Shown: one piece after another, positions 8,116 to 15,030 of the stretch
Layout: the number at the start of each line of letters is the position of its first letter
How positions within the stretch are numbered: the stretch's first letter is position 1
Assembly: GCA_032249095.1 (NCBI GenBank)
Contig: JAVVGN010000040.1
Coordinates: 1 to 17,337, forward strand
DNA: 17,337 nt
Source of the DNA: Candidatus Caldarchaeales archaeon
Lineage (GTDB): Archaea > Thermoproteota > Nitrososphaeria_A > Caldarchaeales > Calditenuaceae
Reading direction: 5' to 3'
Translations under genes and position numbers: made by a program
Notes under the pieces: model-generated
What the model was told of the DNA's origin: nothing
Seen by the model: the letters and a program-made list of their open reading frames with translations, nothing else
The model's database searches: none

Positions 8116-9224
8116 CGGGGAACATTCTGGGGAAGAGGTTTGTCGTGGTGAGCTTCGGCGAGAGCCACGGGAGATGCGTCGGCGCGGTAGTGGACGGATG
8201 TCCAGCCGGACTCCCCCTCTCCGAGCAAGATATCCAACCACTACTAGACCTACGGAGGCCGGGCCAATCCCTCGTAACGACCCAGAGGCGCGAGGAGGAT
8301 AAGGTCGAGATAATCAGCGGAGTGTTCGAGGGCTATACCACCGGAGCGCCAATCGCTATGCTCACCTGGAACAGGGACGTTGCCTCAAAAGACTATCAGA
8401 TGGTCTTGGACACGCCTAGGCCCGGTCACGCCGACTACTTCGCCAGGCTGAAGTACGGTGGATTCAACGACTATAGGGGAGGGGGGCGCTTCTCGGGCAG
8501 GATTACAGCCGGATACGTTATGGCGGGCGCAGTCGCGCTCAAGCTTCTAAGGGAGACACTTGGCGTAGAAGTCCTAGCCTACACGAAGAGGATAGCGGGC
8601 GTGGAGGCCCGTCAGCTAGACATCGAGACAATCAGGAGGGGCAGGTGGCTTAACGTTGTAAGATGCCCGGACCAAGAGGCGGCTAAGGAGATGGAGGAGA
8701 CGATCCTGAGGGCTAGAAAGAACGGAGACTCCGTCGGTGGTGTCGTCGAGTGTATAGCCCTGAACATCCCCCCAGGCCTCGGCGAGCCTGTCTTCGACGC
8801 GCTCGACGCAGACATCGCCAAAGCCCTCTTCACCATCCCGGCGGTTAAGGGAGTCGAGTTCGGCGCGGGGTTCAGAGCCGCAGAGATGAGCGGGTCCCAG
8901 CACAACGACCCACTCGGATTAGTAAACGGGAAAATAATGCCCCTGACGAACAACGCCGGTGGCATAGTCGGAGGACTCTCAACGGGGAGAGAAATAGTCG
9001 TCAGGGCCGTCTTTAAGCCAGCATCATCGATCAGCAAGCCCCAACTCACTTTAAATGTCGCTAAGAGGGAGATGGAGGAGGTCGTTGTGACAGGGCGGCA
9101 CGACCCCTCTGTCGTCCCTAGGGCCGTCCCAGTGGTGGAGGCGGTCGTGGGAATAGTGTTGGCAGACCACGCGATAAGAGCAGGGTTAATAGGCCCCGTA
9201 ATATCTAAGAGAGATAGATCGTAG
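8112..9224 (+). CDS. aroC: Chorismate synthase
   Basis: 370 aa. Contains FGESHG, RPGHADY, GGGRFSGR and GRHDPSVVPRA, all chorismate synthase signatures. The GTG start shares GTGA with the aroA stop (4 nt overlap). Confidence 0.95.
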   Translation: MTGNILGKRFVVVSFGESHGRCVGAVVDGCPAGLPLSEQDIQPLLDLRRPGQSLVTTQRREEDKVEIISGVFEGYTTGAPIAMLTWNRDVASKDYQMVLDTPRPGHADYFARLKYGGFNDYRGGGRFSGRITAGYVMAGAVALKLLRETLGVEVLAYTKRIAGVEARQLDIETIRRGRWLNVVRCPDQEAAKEMEETILRARKNGDSVGGVVECIALNIPPGLGEPVFDALDADIAKALFTIPAVKGVEFGAGFRAAEMSGSQHNDPLGLVNGKIMPLTNNAGGIVGGLSTGREIVVRAVFKPASSISKPQLTLNVAKREMEEVVVTGRHDPSVVPRAVPVVEAVVGIVLADHAIRAGLIGPVISKRDRS

Positions 9225-9320
9225 GGTATCCGTATAGTGTTGTTTGTCCTTTTCTCTTGAATATTACCTCGTTTCCCCATAGGTCTAGCTATATAGGGAT
9301 ATTTCCGTGTTCTATGCCTA
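9225..9320. repeat. Repeat X, copy A (paired with 16749-16845)
   Basis: Hand alignment of 9241-9320 against 16766-16845 gives 71/80 identical positions in the same orientation, and similarity extends ~16 nt further left. On the minus strand it reads LGIEHGNIPI*LDLWGNEVIFKRKGQTTLYG, with TAG where copy B has CAG. Confidence 0.8.
9241..9259 (+). terminator. T-rich tract (TGTTTGTCCTTTTCTCTTG) after aroC, candidate operon terminator
   Basis: Pyrimidine/T-rich run beginning 17 nt after the aroC stop. Archaeal intrinsic termination uses oligo-T tracts. The tract also lies inside repeat X. Confidence 0.3.
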
Positions 9321-9686
9321 AGGGAGACATAAAGGCATTGATGAGTATTGAGGAGAGGTGGTTCAGGAGGGTTACCGAGGATTTCCTAGTTATGCGTAGA
9401 ATGATATTGGCCTGATAGGTCTCTTCTGAAGACTCATCAACAACTGGCCAATAAAGCCAAATCTTTGTCGGAGAGTGAGAGGATTACACTAAATTGCTGA
9501 GGAGGCTGGGAAAAGATATCAGGCCTATAATAGGCTAGTTGGTGAGATGGGTATTTGTGGGAATATTAAGGCTCAGGAGGCTCTGGCCGAGTTGATAGCG
9601 TACCTAGATTCATCTAAGGGGTTCAGGAAGACTAGGAATTTACTGGGGCTGTTTAAACCGATTCGCGAAAGTAAGGAAGATCTATA
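9316..9686 (+). pseudogene. Fragmented copy of a small-ORF family (repeat Y copy A at ~9377-9516), broken by a stop, a 1-nt indel and a ~50 nt deletion
   Basis: Three pieces in different frames: MPKGDIKALMSIEERWFRRVTEDFLVMRRMILA* (9316-9414); then RSLLKTHQQLANKAKSLSESERITLNC*; then IAEEAGKRYQAYNRLVGEMGICGNIKAQEALAELIAYLDSSKGFRKTRNLLGLFKPIRESKEDL* (stop at 9684-9686). The pieces align with the intact 16455-16685 ORF (EDLLVMRRMILAHRSLLRTHQQLLNKYRALSDVER...ITEEAGKRH). Confidence 0.45.
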
Positions 9687-9994
9687 GCGGGCACTTGAGG
9701 CGAGCATTGAAGAGGCTGACGGCTTCAACAAACAACATCAGAACGCGTCAAATAACCATGAAGATGGAGAAGGAGGTGCTCGCGAGGATCTGGAGGATGG
9801 ATAGACAGGAAGTCCTGGGGAGGCCGGTATGACAGGCTTGTTAACGCGCACCCCGCTGTCGGGTGCTGTGATGAGGTATTTAACGTTCGGCCTCCTCTAG
9901 GGTTTCCTAGATGTTGCACGGATGGTCAGCCAAGCCCCTCCCCTTTCTTCCCGCCCGCTTGTGTTTTGTTAGTCGGTGTTAAAAAGACGAGGTT

Positions 9995-10002
9995 GTATAA
10001 GA
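9995..10002 (+). promoter_or_regulatory. TATA-like box (TGTATAAG) upstream of the chorismate mutase-aminotransferase gene
   Basis: AT-rich box ~40 nt upstream of the GTG at 10041. GGTGA at 10028-10032 could serve as a Shine-Dalgarno. A second AT box, CTTTAATA, sits at 10007-10014. Confidence 0.3.
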
Positions 10003-10040
10003 TTTGCTTTAATACCTCCAGTGCTCAGGGTGAAAGAGAA

Positions 10041-11447
10041 GTGACTGCGGAGGAGAATCTTAGGAGGTATAGAGAGGAGATCCGCGTGGTAACTGAGGAT
10101 ATCCTCCGAAAAATAGTCCTGAGGAGGGAGCTTGCGAGGAGGCTAGGAGAGACTAAGCGGGCTCTAGGCCTGAGCCTTGTGGACTACGAGGCGGAGGCTG
10201 AGCTGAGGCAACATGTGGCGCGAGTTGCGGCCGATCTAGGCTTAGACCCAGCACATGCACAGAAATTGCTCACACTCCTGATAGATGACGCCGTAAAGAT
10301 TCAAAGCTCCTCCACAAAGCCGCGGATAACGCACATGGACATATTCAGGAAGGCCAAGCAGATCGAGATGAGTGGCGAGAAGGTTTATCACCTCGAGGTC
10401 GGGGAGCCTGACTTCGGAGCCCCATCTCCGGTCGCGGAGGAATTGACGAGGGCGGCGCTTAACGGATACGCAGCTTACGGCGAGGCGAAGGGTAGGCCCG
10501 AGCTCCGTAAAGCGATAAGAGACTCGCTGCGGGAGAGGTTTAGAGTCGATGTCCACGAGGAGCAGATTGTGGTAACACCCGGTGGAAGGTTCGCGGTCTA
10601 CACAGCAGCCGCCTCGGTATTAAGCCCCGGGGATCAGGCAGTCGTGATCGATCCCTCCTGGCCACTCTACAAGCAGGTTGTCGAAATGATGCATGCTAGG
10701 CCCCTAGTTGTCAGGACCAGCCTGGAGGGTGGCTGGATACCCAGCATCGAGGAGCTTGAGAAAAAACTCGGCCAAGGGTGCCGCGCCCTCTTCATCAACT
10801 ACCCAAACAATCCCACAGGTATAGTCTTAAGCAGGAAAGACCTCACCGCGGTGATAGAGGCTGCCCAGCAGGTCAACTGCTACCTGATCAGCGACGAGGT
10901 ATACATGGACTACTGCTTCGCCCACTACGCATCCGCCCTCGAATCAGGCTACGAGAACGTGATAGTAGTGAACTCTTTCTCAAAGAGCTGGGGTATGACC
11001 GGCTACCGGATAGGGTATTTGGTGGCCAAGCGGGAGGTGGCTGACAGGGCCGCCAGAATAGTCTCCCAGCTCATTACCTGTGTACCAGAGTTCGTACAGA
11101 TGGCTGCACTAAAGGCTCTCCTCGACGGTGAGACGCCGCGGAGATACAGCCAAGTGATTAGAGAGAGGATAGAGCTCATCTGCAGGGAGCTAGACCGGAT
11201 TGGCGCAAGATACGTGAAACCCCTCGGGGCGATGTATGTATTTCCCCGCATAGGTGGAGACGGCTTCGACTCAGCCGAGATGGCCCTTAGGCTACTCGAG
11301 AAGAGGAGGGTTGCCGTGGCGCCGGGTACGGCGTTCGGAGACTACCCGGAGTTCATCAGGCTTTCCGCCGGCACATCGAAGGAGGAGCTGTTAACCGGTC
11401 TTAGGCTGCTAGAAGAGGAGCTCAAGAGCATGGATAGGACGAAGTAG
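10041..11447 (+). CDS. Bifunctional-looking fusion: N-terminal AroQ-type chorismate mutase domain plus class I (aspartate/aromatic/prephenate-type) PLP aminotransferase
   Basis: Residues ~1-90 (from the GTG at 10041): NLRRYREEIRVVTEDILRKIVLRRELARRLGETKRALGLSLVDYEAEAELRQHV...LLIDDAVKIQ follows the three-helix AroQ pattern (LR..I..iD..il.Ll..R..la..v...K...). The remainder is a class I aminotransferase with HLEVGEPDF, INYPNNPTG and the PLP-lysine motif NSFSKSWGMTGYRIGY. The track ORF begins at TTG 9966. I prefer GTG 10041 because it leaves ~6 aa before the CM helix and has GGTGA upstream, but the start is uncertain. Confidence 0.85.
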   Translation: MTAEENLRRYREEIRVVTEDILRKIVLRRELARRLGETKRALGLSLVDYEAEAELRQHVARVAADLGLDPAHAQKLLTLLIDDAVKIQSSSTKPRITHMDIFRKAKQIEMSGEKVYHLEVGEPDFGAPSPVAEELTRAALNGYAAYGEAKGRPELRKAIRDSLRERFRVDVHEEQIVVTPGGRFAVYTAAASVLSPGDQAVVIDPSWPLYKQVVEMMHARPLVVRTSLEGGWIPSIEELEKKLGQGCRALFINYPNNPTGIVLSRKDLTAVIEAAQQVNCYLISDEVYMDYCFAHYASALESGYENVIVVNSFSKSWGMTGYRIGYLVAKREVADRAARIVSQLITCVPEFVQMAALKALLDGETPRRYSQVIRERIELICRELDRIGARYVKPLGAMYVFPRIGGDGFDSAEMALRLLEKRRVAVAPGTAFGDYPEFIRLSAGTSKEELLTGLRLLEEELKSMDRTK

Positions 11448-12539
11448 CTATACTATCAGCTCCTCGGTCCCAGCGTCGAATATGTGTAGCTTACCAGTTT
11501 CGAACGCGACCCAGACCTTATCTCCGATGGAGAGCGGCATGGGCTGTGAGACAGCCTTTATGATTTCCGAGTCTATCTTAAGGTCGACCACCATGTTCGC
11601 GCCCTGATGCTCCAACACATAGACCTCTGACATGAAGACAGAGTTTGGCTGCTTCTCGGCCGAGATCCTGAGATCCTCCGGCCTGACGCCTAGGTATACC
11701 TCGGAGGAGCGGAGCTTAGCCGCCACCATCTCTGAATAGTCCGCGGGCAGTGTATAGCGGAACGACCCAGCGTCAAGCTGGACCAGCGCGCCCTCCCTCA
11801 TAACCGACGCCTTAATCATGTTCATCGGCGGGCTGCCTATGAAGGTCGCCACGAACGTGTTTGAGGGCTTGTTATAAATGTTTGAGGGCTCGTCATACTG
11901 CAGGACTTTCCCCTTGTTCATTACCGCTATTTTGTCCGCCATAGCCATAGCCTCGGCCTGGTCGTGGGTAACATAGACCGTCGTGGTCTTGAGCTCCTTC
12001 TGAAGCCTCTTGAGCTCAGCTCTCATGAAGAGTCTCAGCTTAGCGTCCAAGTTGCTCAGAGGCTCGTCCATGAGGTATACCCTAGGCTGCCTGACTATCG
12101 CCCTACCGAGCGCCACTCTCTGCTGCTCACCACCGCTAAGCTGCCTTGGTTTCCTGTCAAGGAGGTGCTTTATCCCGAGAAGCTCAGCGGTCTCCTTCAC
12201 TCTACGGTCGATCTCGTCTTTGGGAATCTTCCTCATCCTTAACGGGAACGCTATATTGTCATAGACCTTCATGTGTGGGTATAGGGCATAATTCTGGAAC
12301 ACCATGGCCACATCCCTGTCCTTAGGCGGCAGATCATTCACCACGCTATCTCCTATCCACACCTCTCCCGAGTCGGGAACCTCCAGGCCGGCTATGCAGC
12401 GCAGAGTCGTCGTCTTGCCGCACCCCGATGGGCCCAGCAGAACCACGAATGAGCCGTCGGCTATCTCAAGGGACACACCGTCAACGGCTACCACCTTGTC
12501 GAATCTCTTGTAAAGGTTGACTAGCCTGACGGTAGCCAT
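11448..12539 (-). CDS. ABC transporter ATP-binding protein, MalK/GlcV/UgpC-like (sugar-type) with C-terminal regulatory/TOBE-like domain
   Basis: Walker A GPSGCGKTT, Q-loop MVFQNYALYPH, signature LSGGEQQR, Walker B VYLMDEPLSNLD, H-loop VTHDQ, plus a ~130 aa C-terminal beta-rich extension. I prefer the ATG at 12539 (MATVRLVNLYKRF) over the track's upstream start at 12608, whose 23 extra residues are not ABC-like. A TATA box sits ~30 nt upstream of 12539. Confidence 0.9.
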   Translation of the reverse strand: MATVRLVNLYKRFDKVVAVDGVSLEIADGSFVVLLGPSGCGKTTTLRCIAGLEVPDSGEVWIGDSVVNDLPPKDRDVAMVFQNYALYPHMKVYDNIAFPLRMRKIPKDEIDRRVKETAELLGIKHLLDRKPRQLSGGEQQRVALGRAIVRQPRVYLMDEPLSNLDAKLRLFMRAELKRLQKELKTTTVYVTHDQAEAMAMADKIAVMNKGKVLQYDEPSNIYNKPSNTFVATFIGSPPMNMIKASVMREGALVQLDAGSFRYTLPADYSEMVAAKLRSSEVYLGVRPEDLRISAEKQPNSVFMSEVYVLEHQGANMVVDLKIDSEIIKAVSQPMPLSIGDKVWVAFETGKLHIFDAGTEELIV

Positions 12540-12565
12540 CTTCGGAAACTGTACGTGGGTTAAAA

Positions 12566-12573
12566 GATATAAA
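12566..12573 (-). promoter_or_regulatory. TATA box (minus-strand TTTATATC) for the ABC ATPase gene, near-leaderless
   Basis: The minus strand reads CTTTTATATCTTTT, centred ~31 nt upstream of the ATG at 12539. Confidence 0.4.
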
Positions 12574-12646
12574 AGTTTTCCTAAACAACAAATAGGATCG
12601 AGCCTCAAATTTTTTATCCATTTAAGAGTTTTAGATGACTCTTTGA

Positions 12647-13387
12647 TTAGGGCGCCCCCGCTTCGCTTTTTGCGAGGTTGTTAACTAGAGTTAAGGCTTC
12701 GCGCGGCGTCAGCTCGTAGACCCGCTTGTTGGCTAGGTGTGGCGGATTCGGAGTGTAGCCGAGCTTGCCTAGTATCTTTCCAAGTTTGTGTCTTCTGTCG
12801 GTGAAGATCTGCTTGAGTATTTTGAAGTAGCAGGGCTCGGGTGGTGGTACATTGTTCCGGCTCATAGTCGCTATGCAGGACACTACCTTGGGGGGTGGTC
12901 TGAATGAGGCTGGGCTGACCCTCTCGTGTAGCTCCACATCGTAGAGCATCTGGGATACGAGGCTGATGAAGAGGTAATTGCTACTCCCGGGCGGGGCCAC
13001 CAGCTTCTCGGCGAACTCCTTCTGCAGAACTAGCACGATCTTCCTAGGCATCGCCTCGGTTATGAGCCACTCTATCAGCCTCCTCGAGAGATAGTAGGGT
13101 GGGCTTCCTACACTCATGGTGAATCCACGTGGCTTGATCTTGAGGAGGTCTCCCCGAATAATTGTGACGTTTTTCCACCCGCTAAGCCTTCTGGAGGCCT
13201 CCTCAAATAATGTCGGATCTATCTCGACGCTGATAACCCTGCAGCCCTTCCGTACGAGGAGCTCTGTGAGGCGACCGTCCCCGCAGCCTGGCTCCAATAC
13301 TACGTCGTCGGAGGTTGGTGCTGCCAGCTCAACTAGCCTATTCAAGACCCGCGAGTCAACCGTTATGTGCTGTCCCAGCCTAGCCAT
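12647..13387 (-). CDS. ksgA: 16S/18S rRNA (adenine-N6,N6)-dimethyltransferase KsgA/Dim1 (RsmA)
   Basis: LGQHITVD (the LGQHFL motif), SAM-binding VLEPGCGDGRLT, and the SPPY motif (SVGSPPYYLS). The ATG at 13387 overlaps the upstream DUF655 stop as ATGGCTAG, suggesting translational coupling. The alternative ATG at 13432 would add 15 aa. Confidence 0.9.
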   Translation of the reverse strand: MARLGQHITVDSRVLNRLVELAAPTSDDVVLEPGCGDGRLTELLVRKGCRVISVEIDPTLFEEASRRLSGWKNVTIIRGDLLKIKPRGFTMSVGSPPYYLSRRLIEWLITEAMPRKIVLVLQKEFAEKLVAPPGSSNYLFISLVSQMLYDVELHERVSPASFRPPPKVVSCIATMSRNNVPPPEPCYFKILKQIFTDRRHKLGKILGKLGYTPNPPHLANKRVYELTPREALTLVNNLAKSEAGAP

Positions 13388-13979
13388 AGCTAGTAGGATG
13401 AGGGGGCCGAGTGAAGAGCCAATACTTTGCATTAGGGTCTGATAATTCCTCGATTATCCTCTTGATGATCATCTTGTCGAAGTTCTGGATCCCGGCCCGC
13501 TCCTCAATGTCCTTGAAGCTGGTGAAGGGTGCCTTGCTTCTCTCCTCGATCAGCCTCATAGAAATTTTTTTCCCAACGCCTGGGAGTGCTTCTAACGCGT
13601 GTAGCCTAGGTGTTAAGGGGCCGCAGGTGTTGATGAACTCTACCAGCTCCGCTTCACGCTCCTTAACTATTTCCTCCACCACCTTCTCTAACGTGAACTT
13701 CGCGTTTTCTGTGAGCTCCTGATAACTAATTCTCCTCAAAATTCTGACTAGCTGCCGCGGGACATCCTTGCCTATGTACAGCCTCAATCCCGGTTTTGGG
13801 TTTAGGCTCTGATTTATGGCTGCCTCTAGCAAAGTAAAGTACTCCCAGCCGACCATCTGGGCCACAACCATGCCCCTCTCGACATGCTGACCTCTTTCGA
13901 GCTTCGCAGATGGGACAATGTCTAGGATAGTTGCCTCATCCTCGTATATCTTTTGAGGCGCCCGCTTCATGTCCTTCAC
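13380..13979 (-). CDS. DUF655-family putative RNA/nucleotide-binding protein with helix-hairpin-helix motif
   Basis: 199 aa. The pattern EDEATILDIVP...MVVAQMVGWEYFTLLEA, then LHALEALPGVGKKISMRLIEER (HhH), matches my recollection of the archaeal DUF655 family. Its position between rpoF and ksgA is the conserved archaeal arrangement. Start is GTG at 13979 or ATG at 13970. Confidence 0.75.
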   Translation of the reverse strand: MKDMKRAPQKIYEDEATILDIVPSAKLERGQHVERGMVVAQMVGWEYFTLLEAAINQSLNPKPGLRLYIGKDVPRQLVRILRRISYQELTENAKFTLEKVVEEIVKEREAELVEFINTCGPLTPRLHALEALPGVGKKISMRLIEERSKAPFTSFKDIEERAGIQNFDKMIIKRIIEELSDPNAKYWLFTRPPHPTSYG

Positions 13980-13980
13980 G

Positions 13981-14349
13981 TTAATCGCTTATCCTCTCAG
14001 CCTCCTCACCGACGTAAGACTCGATCGTCTGGACAATCTCAGATAGCTTTTGGTCAGAAAAAAGGATGCTGGAGATTAGCCTCTTATACCCCGCGATGAC
14101 TGCTCTGAGCTCGTTGATGTCGCGCGGGCATATGTTAACTATCTGGCACGCCTCCTCACGTTCTAATCCGAATCTCTGCTGAAGCTCCTCCACAAGCATT
14201 TGCGCCTTATCGGCGGGTAGCTTCCGGAATGTGTTCGCATACTCGTAGACCCTCTGCTGGAGTGGTGTTAAGTTGGGATAACGCTGTTTGAGGAGATCAG
14301 CCGCCTCCGAGATAGTTATAGGCTTTAGTGAGACCACTTTCCGCGGCAT
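13981..14349 (-). CDS. rpoF: DNA-directed RNA polymerase subunit F (Rpo4)
   Basis: 122 aa. The features ISEAADLLKQR..., LQQRVYEYANTFRKL, and a helical HRDC-like C-terminal half resemble RpoF/Rpo4. It lies immediately downstream of L21e, as in many archaea. Confidence 0.8.
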   Translation of the reverse strand: MPRKVVSLKPITISEAADLLKQRYPNLTPLQQRVYEYANTFRKLPADKAQMLVEELQQRFGLEREEACQIVNICPRDINELRAVIAGYKRLISSILFSDQKLSEIVQTIESYVGEEAERISD

Positions 14350-14353
14350 GGCT

Positions 14354-14656
14354 CTAGATCACCGGTGATTCGGCCGGCCTGAGGTGTTCGGGGAGAACAG
14401 AGAGTTTCCTCAGCTTCGAGCCTATTTGAACAGCCACGACGTAGCCCCGGCCCCTCTTCTCGACGATACGCCCTACTCTTCCATGGTACCGGCGGTGTGG
14501 CATCCCCTTATGTGATGCGGGATCTACAAGGATCACGACCTTGGCGCCGGGTTCGAGCTCTGAGAGATATACCTCTGGTCGGGGGCCGCTCCTCGACCCT
14601 AAATCTTTTCGAAGAAGCCGCCTCGTCCTTTTCCTACTACCACTATGCCTCGTCAT
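14354..14656 (-). CDS. rpl21e: 50S ribosomal protein L21e
   Basis: 100 aa. MTRHSGSRKRTRRLL..., VVILVDPASHKGMPHRRYHGRVGRIVEKRGRGYVV is the typical L21e SH3-like core. Confidence 0.9.
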   Translation of the reverse strand: MTRHSGSRKRTRRLLRKDLGSRSGPRPEVYLSELEPGAKVVILVDPASHKGMPHRRYHGRVGRIVEKRGRGYVVAVQIGSKLRKLSVLPEHLRPAESPVI

Positions 14657-14693
14657 GGGTCTAGACCGCCTGCATTATTTGGGATTTGCCATG

Positions 14694-14701
14694 TATAAAA
14701 A
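14694..14701 (-). promoter_or_regulatory. TATA box (minus-strand TTTTTATA) for the L21e-rpoF-DUF655-ksgA operon; may double as oligo-U terminator of the upstream ncRNA
   Basis: The minus strand reads CCTTTTTATACAT, centred ~41 nt upstream of the L21e ATG (14656). Confidence 0.4.
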
Positions 14702-14709
14702 GGTGTTTT

Positions 14710-15030
14710 GAGGCGGCTCGACATCAGGAATAAGGACCAAGACTATGGGGAGGGGATGGAGCCTTCCCCGAAAGGGGTTTTGCCTTCGGCCTTCCCTTGG
14801 CCCGGCGTAGGCCGGTGAATAGTCTTTCCATAGAGGCGTAGGGGACGAGAGAGGGGTTGCAGGGGCCACCCGATTCCTGCTCTAAACGCCTCTCTTCGCG
14901 CCTCAACCCGGAGCACCCTGGCCATGGGGAAGGTCGAGCCGGCCATAGACACAGAAGTATTGAAATAGAGGTGTGGAGCTTTCCTCCTCACACTCGCGGG
15001 CACTTGTTCGGCCCTAGGATCAGCCGGTCG
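14710..15030 (-). ncRNA. Structured non-coding RNA, best guess RNase P RNA (type A-like); identity and ends uncertain
   Basis: A 450 nt gap between L21e and pus10 contains only mutually overlapping, low-complexity ORFs. The minus strand has RNase P-like motifs in canonical order: GAGGAGGAAAGCUCC (14975-14989, CR-I-like GAGGAAAGUCC); CCAGGGUGCUCCGGG (14907-14921, like AGGGUGCCAGG); CAGGAAUCGGGUGGCC; and near the 3' end CCAUAGUCUUGGUCCUUAU (like ACAGAACCCGGCUUAU). The 5' and 3' ends pair (GGCU 15022-15025 with AGCC 14715-14718; UAGGGCC with GGUCCUUA). Several tight hairpins are present (CCGGC-CUAC-GCCGG, CCCC-UUUC-GGGG). A TATA-like GGCATAAACC (minus strand, 15083-15092) lies upstream. I could not draw a clean P4 helix by hand. 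Confidence 0.45.

Noticed and set aside
9725-9919. Minus-strand 64 aa ORF and short plus-strand ORF (MKMEKEVLARIWRMDRQEVLGRPV*, 9758-9832) in the gene-poor gap
   Set aside because: There are no motifs and no convincing start context, and both lie among obviously fragmented reading frames. Treated as decayed sequence.
9868-9930. C/D box sRNA: GTGATGA (a perfect C-box) at 9868-9874, and a 6 bp hairpin GCACCC/GGGTGC at 9848-9866
   Set aside because: No CTGA D' box follows at the expected ~12 nt spacing, and no C' box or terminal D box (only TCAG at 9926-9929) lies within 50-70 nt. The hairpin alone is weak.
12625-12646. C-box-like AGATGA next to the ksgA stop
   Set aside because: It is an imperfect C box with no partner D box outside coding sequence. 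The region is adequately explained as a terminator/promoter spacer.
14710-15030. SRP (7S) RNA as the identity of the structured spacer
   Set aside because: I could not find the helix 8 signature (..GGAAGGGAGCA.. with a GNAR tetraloop) on either strand. The ends do not form the long rod-like pairing expected for SRP RNA. This is not fully excluded without a covariance model.
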